Positions 38,054 through 49,938 of a stretch of 64,000 nucleotides of DNA are shown here, one piece after another (the first letter of the stretch is position 1; each line of letters starts with the position of its first letter). The stretch covers positions 172,298,001-172,362,000 of the forward strand of contig NC_042998.1 of NCBI RefSeq assembly GCF_006345805.1, read 5' to 3'. Origin of the DNA: Octopus sinensis. Taxonomy: Eukaryota. The position numbers and the translations under genes are program-made. Under the pieces are notes generated by a model. The model was not told the DNA's origin and searched no databases. It saw only the letters and a list, made by a program, of their open reading frames with translations.

Positions 38054-38345
38054 ATAGGCACAGGTGTAACTGTGTGGTTAAGAAATTTGCTTCTCAATCA
38101 TATGCTTCAGGGTTCAATCTCACTATGTGCCACGTTGGGCAAGTGCTGGGTTGACTAACCTTGTGAGTGGCTTTGGTAAATGGAAACGGAAAGAAGACTG
38201 TGTGTTTGTGTGTGTTCTTGCCTTGCCATGGTATGATAGTTGTAAATGATTGTTACTGTCATACAAGCCATGTCGTCTGACCATGCAGAATATTTCTTTG
38301 TTTGGAAACAGGTGAGAGTTGGTAACAGAAAGGTCATCTAGCTGA
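38054..38345 (+). mobile_element. tRNA-headed SINE copy
   Basis: ataggcacagg.gt..ctgtgtggttaagaa...gggttcaatctcac head, as at 49528. Confidence 0.75.
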
Positions 38346-38819
38346 TACTAAAATTGTGTGTGTGTGTGTGTGTGTGATATAACCTGTTACATGATTGTGT
38401 TGTCAGTGACTAAACTGGTAATTCTACTAGGCTTACTATTTAAAACTTAGCACAAAACAAGGCCTGTCAAAAGGACAGATGAACCTAGCCTAGGGTTAAT
38501 GAATGTCAGGCAATAGTACATAGTACTCATGATGATGACTGAGCATGTTGTAAAACTACTTTAGGTGTAATAAACACCAAAACATCTCAGTCATGTAGCT
38601 ATGTTATTTTCGTATATTCAGGTTTGTACCTGAGTTGTTCTTAGGCTTATGTTTGGTACTATTAGACAAACTTTGGCAAGGGATACTTCACATTTGGTGT
38701 ATACAACATCACTGTATTAGGGCTTTGATTTCCTGTTTATCCTAGCATGTCCTGTTGTACCTGGTATGTGCCACTCTGTGGACCTGTTTGAATTACACTA
38801 TGACATGGAAAGTCGCTGA

Positions 38820-39422
38820 ATGTAATCCACTTAAAGGAATTTTAACACCATCTCCTTTGAAATAGTCACCTTGCACAACATTACACTAGTTCCAATGTTC
38901 CTGCCACTTTTGAAATTTGGCCTGTAAGTTGTTTTCTGTAAGTGAATCGTGGACCTTCTGCCGTTCACTCTTGATCTCAACAACAGTGTTAAAATGGTGA
39001 CTTTTGGGCTGCATTTTGGGGGAAGAAATGGAAGTCTGCAGGTGTTGAATCTGGCAAATAGGGCAGGTGTGGAATCAATACTATGTTGTTTTTGATGAAA
39101 AACTCATGATTGAGGAGAGCTTGGTGACAGGGTGCATCGTTTTGAAGAATCCAATTATTTGCACGCCACAGATCTGGTCAATTTCACCAAATGGCCTCTC
39201 TGAAATACTTCAAAACATTGTCGATTGTCCTCCGATGATCCTCATGCACAAGCTGATGAATTTTCTCCACATTTCCAGGATTGACACTCGTGGCAGGTCT
39301 TCTGGACTGCTTATCTTCCAGATCACTCATCGTCTTTCAAGAGTGTTCTTCCACTTTCGAAGTATCTGTGCCACTAGAAACATTGTGTATGATACATTGC
39401 CTTGTTGCTGCGAGCTTGCCAA
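38820..39422 (-). mobile_element. Internally deleted, degenerate mariner transposase
   Basis: Minus frames give WHRYFESGRT.LKDDE.SGR..RPATSVNPGNVEKIHQLVHEDHRRTI (HTH), WILQNDAP (HHDNAP), PHLPYLPDS...ADFHFFPKM (YSPDLAP region) and QGDYF.GD (C-terminus). Confidence 0.85.
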
Positions 39423-39452
39423 TGCATGTGTGTATGTATATGTGTGTATATG

Positions 39453-39490
<38 letters not shown>

Positions 39491-39742
39491 ATATGTGTAT
39501 ATATATATGTGTGTGTGTATATGTATATATATATATGTGTGTGTGTATATGTATATATATATGTGTGTGTGTGTATATATATATATGTATATATATATAT
39601 AATGTGTGTATATATATATATCTACACATGTGTACATATATATGTATATATATATATGTATGTATGTCTGTGTGTATGTATATGTGTGTATATATATATA
39701 TATGTATGTGTGTATATATATATGTATGTATATGTATGTGTG

Positions 39743-39773
<31 letters not shown>

Positions 39774-39948
39774 ATATATATATGTATGTATATGTATGTG
39801 TGTATATATATATGTATGTATATGTATGTGTGTATATATATATGTATGTATATGTATGTGTGTATATATATATGTATGTATATGTCTGTGTGTATATATA
39901 TATATGTATGTATATGTCTGTGTGTGTATATATATGTATGTATATGTC

Positions 39949-39985
<37 letters not shown>

Positions 39986-40262
39986 GTATGTATGTATGTA
40001 TGTCTGTGTGTATCTATCTATATATATATATATATGTATATGTCTGTGTGTATGTATGTGTGTATATATGTATGTGTGTATATGTATGTGTGTATATATG
40101 TATGTGTGTATATATATGTATGTGTATATGTGTGTATATATATATGTATGTATATGTATGTATGTATGCGTGTATATATATATATATATATATGTATGTA
40201 TATGTATTATATTTATTTATGTATATATATATATATATGTATGTATGCATGTGTGTATGTAT
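39423..40262. repeat. Compound TA/TG microsatellite of about 840 bp with a 30-bp higher-order unit
   Basis: Direct reading; the 10-residue period in the spurious ORF ([10 protein letters not shown]) corresponds to 30 nt. Confidence 0.95.
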
Positions 40263-40520
40263 ATCATCATCATCATCATCATCATCGTTTAGCATCCGCT
40301 TTCCATGCTAGCATGGGTTGGACGGGTCAACTGGGGTCTGTGAAGCTGGAAGGCTTCGTCAGGCCCAGTCAGATCTGGCAGTGTTTCTACGGCTGGATGC
40401 CCTTCCTAACGCCAACCACTCCGCGAGTGTAGTGGGTGTTTTTTACGTGCCACCTGCACAGGTGCCAGACAGAGCTGGCGAACGGCCACAAACGGATGGT
40501 GCTTTTACGTGTCACCGGCA
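40263..40520 (-). mobile_element. Young RTE 3'-end retroposon copy with (GAT)n tail
   Basis: catcatcatcgtttagcatccgctttccatgctagcatggg...ggatgcccttcctaacgccaacc, with CpGs retained. Confidence 0.85.
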
Positions 40521-40544
40521 CATATATATATATGTATGTATGCA

Positions 40545-40575
<31 letters not shown>

Positions 40576-40920
40576 GTATGTGTGTCTGTATGCATATATG
40601 TATGTGTGTATGTATGCATATATGTATGTGGTATGTATGCATATATGTATGTGTGTATGTATGCATATATGTATGTGTGTATGTATGCATATATGTATGT
40701 GTGTATGTATGCATATATGTATGTGTGTATGTATGCATATATGTATGTGTGTATGTATGCATATATGTATGTGTGTATGTATGCATATATGTATGTGTAT
40801 GTATGTGTGTATGTATATATGTATGTGTATGTATTATATGTATGTATATATGTGTATGTATGCATATGTGTGTATATATATGTATGCATATGTATTTATA
40901 TATGCATGTATATATATATG
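40521..40920. repeat. Compound microsatellite with a 24-bp unit (gtatgtatgcatatatgtatgtgt)
   Basis: Direct reading; 8-residue period YAYMYVCM in the spurious ORF. Confidence 0.95.
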
Positions 40921-43900
40921 AGTACTCACTTGAAGTATTTAATCACATGGTTTGTAATATTTGATATCAACATTATTGTGCGTCCCATCAAGGGTGAGAT
41001 GCTTGTGAAAACTGCAATAACTTTAAAGCCAATCTTTTACAGTTTACTAGTGTTTGGTACATTAATATTAATAATAATAAAGTTGATTTCAATTGTTTCA
41101 ACTGTTGTACTTAGATGTCTCTATAAGACTTGAAATTCAGCATTAATTCATGTGCATTCTATATTGCCATATTATTTTCTACAAAATATTCAGACCCCTA
41201 TTTTATGAGCTGTGAGAGCCTCTATATTTTTACTCTATCTTCTAGCAACATCTACCAAATTTTCCTCAAATCACTTTTACAGTCTTAACAAAAAATGGGC
41301 ATGGTTATGTTTGTACAGATTTCATCAAAAGACTAAAGAACTGCAACCCTCTTTATATGTTGGTCATTATTAGCTACAATTGATAGATTAAGAAGTAAGA
41401 ATCAGATATGTAGAAAATTGATTACCGAGTATTCATTTTTCTCCATGCAACCAAATGTTCTAACCGTATTTTTACGACACTGATCTGAATATTCAGTAAC
41501 ACAATAAAATGCCATGCCATACTCCTTTTTGTAGCTACAGGCTAATTTGTAACATTGGTTGGCGACAACACCTTGCTCTTTGGCGCCCTTGGTGGAGAGT
41601 GCTCTGTTGCAAACATTTGGACAATCTCTTCAGTCTAAGGATAATACATTTTGCTGTTTCCTAATGTACCTCTACTTAGGTTTATGCCTTCAAAGTAACT
41701 GTTAGCCTCACTGCATTGATTGTTAATGTCACCTCTGTACATGACTTGTGCAAGTTTCAAAAACCATTCTTCTACATTTAATTTTTTTAGTGATTACTGG
41801 ACTATAGAAATGATACCCTGTGAACAACTCTTTCCTGATTGACAAAGTCTAGGCAGAGTATCCCTAGTTAAGCACTTGTAAATCTTTCATTAGGAAGAGA
41901 GCATTGGTAGCACCCTGTCATGGCACATCCCTGAGTAGTGTATTATCTATGCTAATTCTCTTTAATAATCAGTTGTACTATAACTCTCTGTAACTTTCAT
42001 AACCTTGTCCAACATTTTGATGCCTCTGTAGCTATTTCGTTCTAGAACTTTACTTTTACCTTTGTAGCAGTTTACAACGATAAACTGTGTAAATTGTTGG
42101 GTATGACATCTTGTGTTGCCTGATTAACTGAGCAAGTGACTAGGATATGGACCTACTTTACCAAATATATAAGCATCCCAGTGACTATCCTTGATAGTCC
42201 AACTGCCTTTTTCCCTCTATTTTTTATCCCATTTTTGATCATTCTGCTGTCAACTCCAATGACTGATCCTTCTGTTGGGTTTACCCAAAGTGCTTCACTT
42301 CCCCAAGCATTTTGCTCATAATAATATTTATAATATTATAATACTTATAATATTTTCTATATTGCTTTTAGGCATTGTTGATGGCAAATGTGCTGCTATC
42401 ATTCTTTAAACACTTCTCTCCATTTCAGTTTTGTATATTTCTCTGCCTTACAATTTGGAACACTTTATCCCTCTAATAGTACAGAATATGTACAGACTTT
42501 TTGTTTTCTGATTCTTCCTCTTTATTAAGTACACCTGATATCTAGCTTTTTCTTAATCACCTCATATTGTTCTCTGCTGCCCCTTTTTTGTTTCAGTCTT
42601 TCCAGGCCTGTCTATTAGCTATTATGGTTCTATCTACTGTTCCACAACCATATCACCTTCATTCAATCTGGCAATAATTATGCATTAGGTTATATTGTAG
42701 AAACTTCAGGTTGTTCTTTATAAGTCTCTATTTCCTTTTTCCTTCTGTCATACACATCAGCTAGTACATCTCTGGATCCACATCTTGGTCAAGAGCTTGT
42801 TCATCTTCCATATCTTCCTTTTCCAAATTACTTTGTTGTTCTGGTCAGTCTATCTCTTTCTCTGAAGTCATTGATAATTACTGTGTTGAGTGGTATATTC
42901 TTCACCTTGGAAAGGCTTAGCGTCCATAACAATCTTTATCTCATTTCCTGGTTATTGTAAAGTATATATGGCATGTGTCTTTACTTGATAGGCAGGTGTT
43001 GCAAATAGACAGGTCACTGGTTTCACGAAATTTCAATACTTGTGATCCTTCCTTACGCCCTGTCTCATATCCATTTAAACCTGCTATCAATTACATGTAA
43101 TTGGAGCAGACAAATTGTATTTTTAAAGTTTTTAATCACAGTTATTTCTCATGTTTAGAGCAGTATATTTGCCTAAATCATTTGGGCAATTGAAAAATAT
43201 ATTAGAAAAATACAACATAAATTCTTTCTTAGCTGATTGGAATTTATCTTACTAGCATTTTGAAATTGATATCTTTCAAAACCTTTACAGCTTATAAGCA
43301 GTGATTGCACTTTACTAAATATCATTACAGCTGATCTCTTTTAACATAGTAGCATTATGTAACTCATTGTTTTTCTATATCTCTCAATGCCAAATGAATG
43401 TAAGTAACTATTTATGTCACGTTGATTCTATATAGTTCCACTCCTCTTTTATTTCTTTGTTATGAATTGCAGAAGGTTCACATCTTTAACATGATTGTAT
43501 TTGATGAATGTAAATGGCATTATGCTTTCACCTTAGAAATCTTTCAACAGAATTACCACATTTGCCTTATTTACCCTCTACCTAAATTTTATAGTACACC
43601 AAGACAAATAAACCCTGTTGTAACATACATTGTTTGGATATATTTTCAGATAGTTTTTCAAATGCATATGTTATTTCCCCACTTCAGACATATATAGATA
43701 CTCTTATTGTTCTTGTCAGTAATTTAGAATGGGAAATATCAAACAATATTTACGACTCTGTTACCGTGTTACATAGGTATTTGAATGTGTTATGTTAACT
43801 ATCTACTTTGTACTATTATGTTAATTACTATAATACCATTAATTCTGTTATTGTTAGTTATTTATTGTGGCTGTTACAATCAGTTGGTTGTTACGTAAAA

Positions 43901-45189
43901 TATAAAGAGAGTAAATGGCAGTCAGTAGAATATAAGAAGCTCAGCTGAGTGGGCAACAAATTATATAATTTCATCAATTCTGTTATGTTGGTATCCAAGT
44001 GATTTAACTCTCTAATGTCCCTGTCTATTTAACTCTAAACAGGAACAACTCAGCATTGTAAAAACAAATAGTAGGAATACATAAATTGTAGTTTGTTTCC
44101 ATAGAAGTTACAAGAATGATTATCTGTGATAAGCTGGTATCCTATCCAGAGGGTTATTTACTTCACTTAACCTGCACCAAATGAAACCATAAGTGTAACT
44201 TTTGGAGTCAATAGGATGCTGGCTTGTTAATCAATAACTTTCCTCCAGCTAACAATTGCATTGTGTTCATAGTAGGCACATAACTCTGTATATACTGAGT
44301 ATTTCTTCCATTTTATTGAGCACAACTATTGCTACTGAACATATTTAATTGTGTATAATATGCTCTTTTTGCCTAGAGATTTTTAAACGTAGAAATTAAG
44401 GGTGATTATTATACACAAAGCAAATATTTAAGATGGCATAACCAGAAGTTATAACTTGTCCCAGGTAACTGATGTGTAATGAAGAGTTTAACCCTCTAAT
44501 GTTCAGATTAATCTGTCAAATGTAATGCTTATTTGTTTGTTATTTTGAATTATTCAGGTTCAAGTGGGGTGTCCACAATATTTGCTTGTGACTTTAATTT
44601 TTTTTTGCATACAGATTTTAAATTTTGTCAGTGGGTGCTTATATACTAGTGGATTATAGTTATGTAATTTTCGCTGATTTTGCTGATTAAATATGACATT
44701 TATGGGCAAGTAAAACAGGTGTAAAAGTAATAACATTATAGTTAAATACTAAAATTGAAATTCTTAATGCATTTTACCTGTTTGATTTGTTACTAAAATT
44801 ATTCCAGTTATCAACTGCCAACAATTTTGTCACTTTTCAAGATGTGGTACATTATTTAAAATACAAGTATAATCAGTACAAGATTTTTTTCTTTCTCTAT
44901 ATTTCATTCAAACATTTTCAATGAAAATAAAGTACAAAACTCTTTTACTAGTCAATATACCATTGGCTATGTACTCTTATACAATTTAATGAATACATTT
45001 ACTTAACAGAATGTGTCTAATAAAAAAAAAAGCTCATTAACAGGTGAAGCAAAGGTGAATACAGATGTGTAACATACTGAAAATTAATATGTATTTCTTA
45101 CTTTCACTTATTATTTGTAATGAAATGAAAGGAATATATGATAGTATTACTATGAAACAGCAAAATATAGTTATGCCTCATTTCTATCA

Positions 45190-46515
45190 TGAAACTGTCC
45201 AAAGTACCCTTTACACAAGGGCACTGTGCAAAACAAACATATATATGAGGTCTCGACCTGATATCCTTTCATAGTTTTTCTTTTTTGCAGTGAGCACAGT
45301 CTGCAAATTTTTTTTCCTTCCATTTATTTTTTCCACTTTATGGAAGTCAATATTTTCTCTGTTGGCATCCACCTCAGTTAATTTTGCTTTTCTCCCAGTT
45401 CTGTGTTTTCTGGAAGAAAAGCCTTCACTTAACCGAGATGCAATGTCAACTCAAAATTTTAAATGATCATAGTCCTTTGATAGCAGAGGTACCTTGTGGC
45501 TTTTTACATAATGAATATATGAATTAACTATAGTTAGACATAACGCTGGAGATGTATGGTTCACCATACTGTGTATGAGGATTCCAGTAGTTCCACAGTT
45601 GAGGAAGCTGCTTGATACCAAACATAATGTTTATAGTAAAAAAAAAAAAGCTTGCATTTCAGCAGTATCAGTTGATTACCATAGTGGATCGGGTCTTCCA
45701 TGGATAGAAATTATACATTGAGCAGATTTATTTCCTCCGTGACAGTTTCAAAAAAACTTTTCGGTAAAATTAAAAATAGTCCAATGGTCGAGCATCGGGA
45801 GGTAGACTGTATTGTGGACTAGTCTTTACTGTGAAATCGGGAATTGTGGTTGACGTAGTATCTTCAACCATGTTGCCATAATGTTTTCAATATCATTTTC
45901 ATCACTTTCATTATCAAAATCTTCCTTGTACAATAAAAATTCATAAATTGTAGTTCAGTGAGTTGGGCGATTTTACTAAATCCATTGGAAATATTGAAAT
46001 TTGTATTTGTTGATTAGATAGTATTTTATCACTCATCAAATTAAGTTATTTAAAAAAAAATTTTTTTTCAAATCCTGTATATTTAATTGTAAGGAAATTA
46101 TTTATGAAGGCGGTGCTCCAGCATGACCGCAGTCAAATGACTGAAACAAGTAAAAGAGTAAATGTCAATGTGATTCATCTGAAGACAAATCACTGTTTTC
46201 ATTTATATTTTGTACATCATCAAGAGTAAAACCTTTGAAGTTGGAATTGCTACCTGCTGACACCATATCATTAAAAACAAAGATATACACTTCAAACATT
46301 GGAACCCCCCCCCCCCCTCCAAGAAGTCTCAAAAATTTCGCCATATTTTCCCTTGAATAAAGGTGGGAAAACTTTGAGAATTCAGTAATGTGATTTGTTT
46401 ACTTTTTTTAGCGATTTTGTAGAGGAATCAGATATGGCTGGATTTGGCTGGTTCAAATAAATAAAGGGGAATAATTTTTGGCCAGTTTTGGCTGGTCTAA
46501 AGATTAAAGGGTTAA
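45190..46515 (-). mobile_element. Internally deleted piggyBac transposon remnant (one TTAA-CCC end, N-terminal core fragment and C-terminal Cys-rich domain)
   Basis: aaaggg-TTAA at 46506-46515. Minus frames give RPLDYF, AEMQAF..INIMFGIKQLPQLWNYW...GEPYISSVM and CRLCS...ETSYICLFCTVPLCK...QFH, typical of PGBD transposases. Confidence 0.8.
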
Positions 46516-47483
46516 ACCATTATAATCTTGCATTTTATACCCATGTCAGAGATCATATCAGGCAAGGTTGTTTCCTGCTTTAGCAACACATCAAAATGAT
46601 TTAAAGTAAAATATAAAACTGAATAGAAAATTGCAAAAGGACAAATTACTCTAGTAAATAGCTACTTTATCATTGTCTGTCCATAAAGGGATGAAATAGA
46701 GCTGCCACTGACATTTGAAATTAGAATACTGAGGTACAGTATGGTTATATAATTTACTCATAAATTATAAAGCTCAATTTATACATAAATTATGATATAA
46801 AGTAATTACTAAATAAATAATGAAGTATTTTTAACTATATTATATAAGCATTTGAAAGAAATAAGTTATAACTTTGAAAATGATAGCCCTGTAAGTAAAT
46901 ATATAACAAATTTGAACCACATGTGTGTGTAAAAGATAAGTTTCAGTGCAGCGAAAATAAATTCAGGAAGTAGGTGAAATGTGTTCAGGCACTTCTAGAA
47001 TTAGGAAGTTACCAGACCTTACCTAATCCATTACATTTTGCTGTAGCTCTGTTTCGTTCAATTAAGCCCATGATGGTAGCTAGTCAAATGCTTTGCAACA
47101 ATTTCCAGTTGTGAACTACAATTTTACTCAGCATATTCAGATTTCTTTTCAAGTCCATCTTCAGCAGCTTATTAGCTCTAGACATATCAATCTTATATAT
47201 ATATGATCTGTTGAAATATACCATGTAAAACTAAACTGACATAAAACACCTGCAACAAGATTATTTATAGGCCTATTTATAGGACTGATCAAATTCATGG
47301 AGCAATACAGGTGTTTAACATTTTACTGACCATAGTCAAATGTTAAACAATAGACAGGTTATTCATGCCAAACTGCCAGGTGAATGAAAATCATGAATTG
47401 ATATTGAATGAGACTATTCTGTATTTTCCTTCAGATTAATTATCATTTGAGTTTGGCAGACTCACAACTGGATTTAAATTGAT

Positions 47484-47893
47484 TTAATCCTTTTGCTACC
47501 ATATTTGTTATAATAACACTTTGTTGTATTTAATTTTGAAAACAATGAAAAATTTGGCAAAATAACTTATTAGTCATTATTAAACTGGTGTTTTGAAATA
47601 TAAATTAGCATGAAATTTGGATGGAAGGGTTTAACTTTGATCACTTTGAAATAGGAAGATCGTGCAGGTGGCACGTAAAAAGCACCCACTACACTCACGG
47701 AGTGGTTGGCGTTAGGAAGGGCATCCAGCTGTAGAAACATTGCCAGATAAGACTGGAGCCTGGTGCAGCCTTCTGGCTTCCCAGATCTCCGGTGAACCAT
47801 CCAACCCATGCTAGCATGGAGAATGGACGTTAAACGATGATGATGATGATGATGATGTATCATACGGTGATAGGTTAGTATTAAAAAGGTTAA
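47484..47893. mobile_element. TTAA-flanked piggyBac-like MITE (similar to 23097) interrupted by an RTE 3'-end copy
   Basis: TTAA-tccttttgctacc ... gtattaaaaagg-TTAA; insert at 47662-47857. Confidence 0.6.
47662..47857 (+). mobile_element. RTE 3'-end retroposon copy with (GAT)n tail
   Basis: ggttggcgttaggaagggcatccagc...gcatggagaatggacgttaaacgatgatgatg, the reverse complement of the 40263 family. Confidence 0.85.
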
Positions 47894-48008
47894 TCATTTA
47901 TTCATAGGGAATAATCAGACAAAAATTGACTGTGAAAAACTGGATGTTTGTTGCAGGAAAGGAGTGACAGGCTAATTTTTAATATCTTCATTAGCAACAT
48001 GTGATAGA

Positions 48009-48273
48009 CATGTCATGCTTGCTTCATGTTATGAAAGTCATAATATTTGTCTCAGAAAAGAAGTATTGAGAACTTAAAATTAAATGGAAATGTTAATTTA
48101 TTGGCATTTAAATTCATTTCCATATTCTGAAGTGGTAAGCATGTCATATTTCTTATGAAAGTCATGATATTTCAGTGCTCTCTCAGAAAAGAAGTATTGC
48201 GAACTTAAATAATTTAAATGGAAATGTTTGTTAGTTTATTGGCATTTAAATTTATTCCCACATTCTCAAGTGG
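48009..48273. repeat. Diverged tandem duplication of about 130 bp
   Basis: Both copies share catgtcat...ttatgaaagtcat.atattt...ctcagaaaagaagtattg.gaacttaaa...tttattggcatttaaatt...aagtgg. Confidence 0.85.
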
Positions 48274-48359
48274 ACTGTTGACCACAATGTTGATATGGAA
48301 AAGCTGTTTATATCAGTTTTAAAATTCAGTGTACTAAAGTTTTTTGTTTTTTTTTAAAG

Positions 48360-48885
48360 TATTGGGTTGTCCAGAAAGTGTGTGCCGATTTATAGTAGTT
48401 TACATTTCGACTTATTTTAGAACATGGTTGAGTCCATAAAATAGGATTTGACTACACCTCCATTTAGAGTACAGTTTAAGCCATCTTTTCGTGGAAGAAG
48501 ATTTATGTTCCTATAACCTGTGTTAATTCTGTAACCCTTTAAAATGGAAGATAAGAAAGTTCATTTTCGGCACTTGATGCTTTGGGAATAAGACAAAAAT
48601 TGCTGCAGCTTGGCTGGGATGTGTTACCCCACCCTCCATATTCACCAACATTGCTTCTTCGGATTTCCACTTATTCAGGTCTCTGCAGAATAGTCTTAAT
48701 GATAAAAATTTTAATTCGTTGGATGATGTAAAAAGATACCTTGATGAATTCTTTGCCATAAAACCACCTCAATTCTGGGAAGAGGATATTTTCAGGTTAA
48801 AAGAAAGATGGAGACATGCAACAAAGTGGTTCATATTTGGTTCTTGCCTTTAAAAATCGGCTTGAACTTCCCAGACAACCCAATA
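48360..48885 (+). mobile_element. Mariner deletion derivative with both TIRs and TA target-site duplications
   Basis: TA-ttgggttgtccagaaagt ... acttcccagacaacccaa-TA. MEDKKVHFRHLMLWE (ATG 48544) is fused to RQKLLQLGWDVLPHPPYSP.IA.SDFHLFRSLQNSL...WEE.IFRLKERWR. Confidence 0.93.
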
Positions 48886-49035
48886 TAATATTGTTTGAGA
48901 ACAAGTTTTGTGTATATAATCCAGGTTCTCAGCCAAATGAGGGACATGAAAATAACTTGGTTCCTAGTTATTAACCACCATTCCATGGCAAGACCATATT
49001 CGTTTTAACCTTTAAGCAGTTAAACTGACTGTATC

Positions 49036-49437
49036 TCTTTCTCTCTTTCTCTTTCTCTTTTTTCAGTCATTTGACTGCGGCCATGCTGGAGCACCACCTT
49101 TAATCGAGCAAATCGACCCCGGGACTTATTCTTTGTAAGCCCAGTACTTATTCTATCGGTCTCTTTTTGCCGAACCGCTAAATGACGGGGACATAAACAC
49201 ACCAGCATCGGTTGTCAAGCAATGCTAGGGGGACAAACACAGACACACAAACACACACATACATACATATATACATATATACGACGGACTTCTTTCAGTT
49301 TCCGTCTACCAAATCCACTCACAAGGCTTTGGTCGGCCCGAGGCTATAGTAGAAGACACTTGCCCAAGGTGCCACGCAGTGGGACTGAACCCGGAACCAT
49401 GTGGTTGGTAAACAAGCTACTTACCACACAGCCACTC
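49036..49437 (-). mobile_element. Young full-length tRNA-derived SINE
   Basis: Minus strand gagtggctgtgtggtaag (A-box-like) ... ccgggttcagtccc (B-box-like); many CpGs intact; simple-repeat tail. Confidence 0.88.
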
Positions 49438-49527
49438 GTCCAAATACTAATGTTTTACGTTCAAACCAACTAGATCTGGCCTCTCACACTTATCCTACAT
49501 TGTCATTCTAAAAATAAATAACCACAT

Positions 49528-49697
49528 ATAGGCACAGGCATGCCTGTGTGGTATGAAACTTGCTTTCCAATCACATGGTTCTGGGTTCAGTCCCACTGTG
49601 TGGCACCTTGGGAAAGTGTCTTCTACTATAACCTCGGACTGACCAAAACCTTGTGAGTGGATTTGGTAGATGAAAACTGAAAGAAGCTTGTGTGTGT

Positions 49698-49755
<58 letters not shown>

Positions 49756-49938
49756 CTGTTCCCCCCCCCACCATTGCTTGGCAACTGATGTTGGTGTGTT
49801 TACGTCCCTGTAACTTAGTGCTTTGACATCAGAGATTGCTACAATAAGTACTAGGCTTACAAAGAATAAGTCCTGGGGCCAATTTGTTCATCTGAAGGCA
49901 GTGCTCCAACATGGTCACATGACTGAAACAAGTAAAAT
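49528..49938 (+). mobile_element. Older full-length copy of the same SINE, head-to-head with the previous one
   Basis: Collinear reverse complement of 49036-49437 with CpG loss and an expanded (TA)n. Confidence 0.85.

Noticed and set aside
39423-40920. Regularly spaced 24- and 30-bp units as a CRISPR-like array
   Set aside because: The units are contiguous simple-sequence repeats with no unique spacers, in a eukaryotic intron.
39067-41133. Long ORFs of 228-414 aa (C/V/Y/I/M-rich)
   Set aside because: They are translations of TA/TG microsatellites that lack stop codons, fused to antisense mariner and retroposon sequence.
49380-49437. tRNA-like A/B boxes as a tRNA gene (also at 25722, 33198, 38054, 49528)
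   Set aside because: They are SINE heads continuing into the shared SINE body; no complete cloverleaf is evident.
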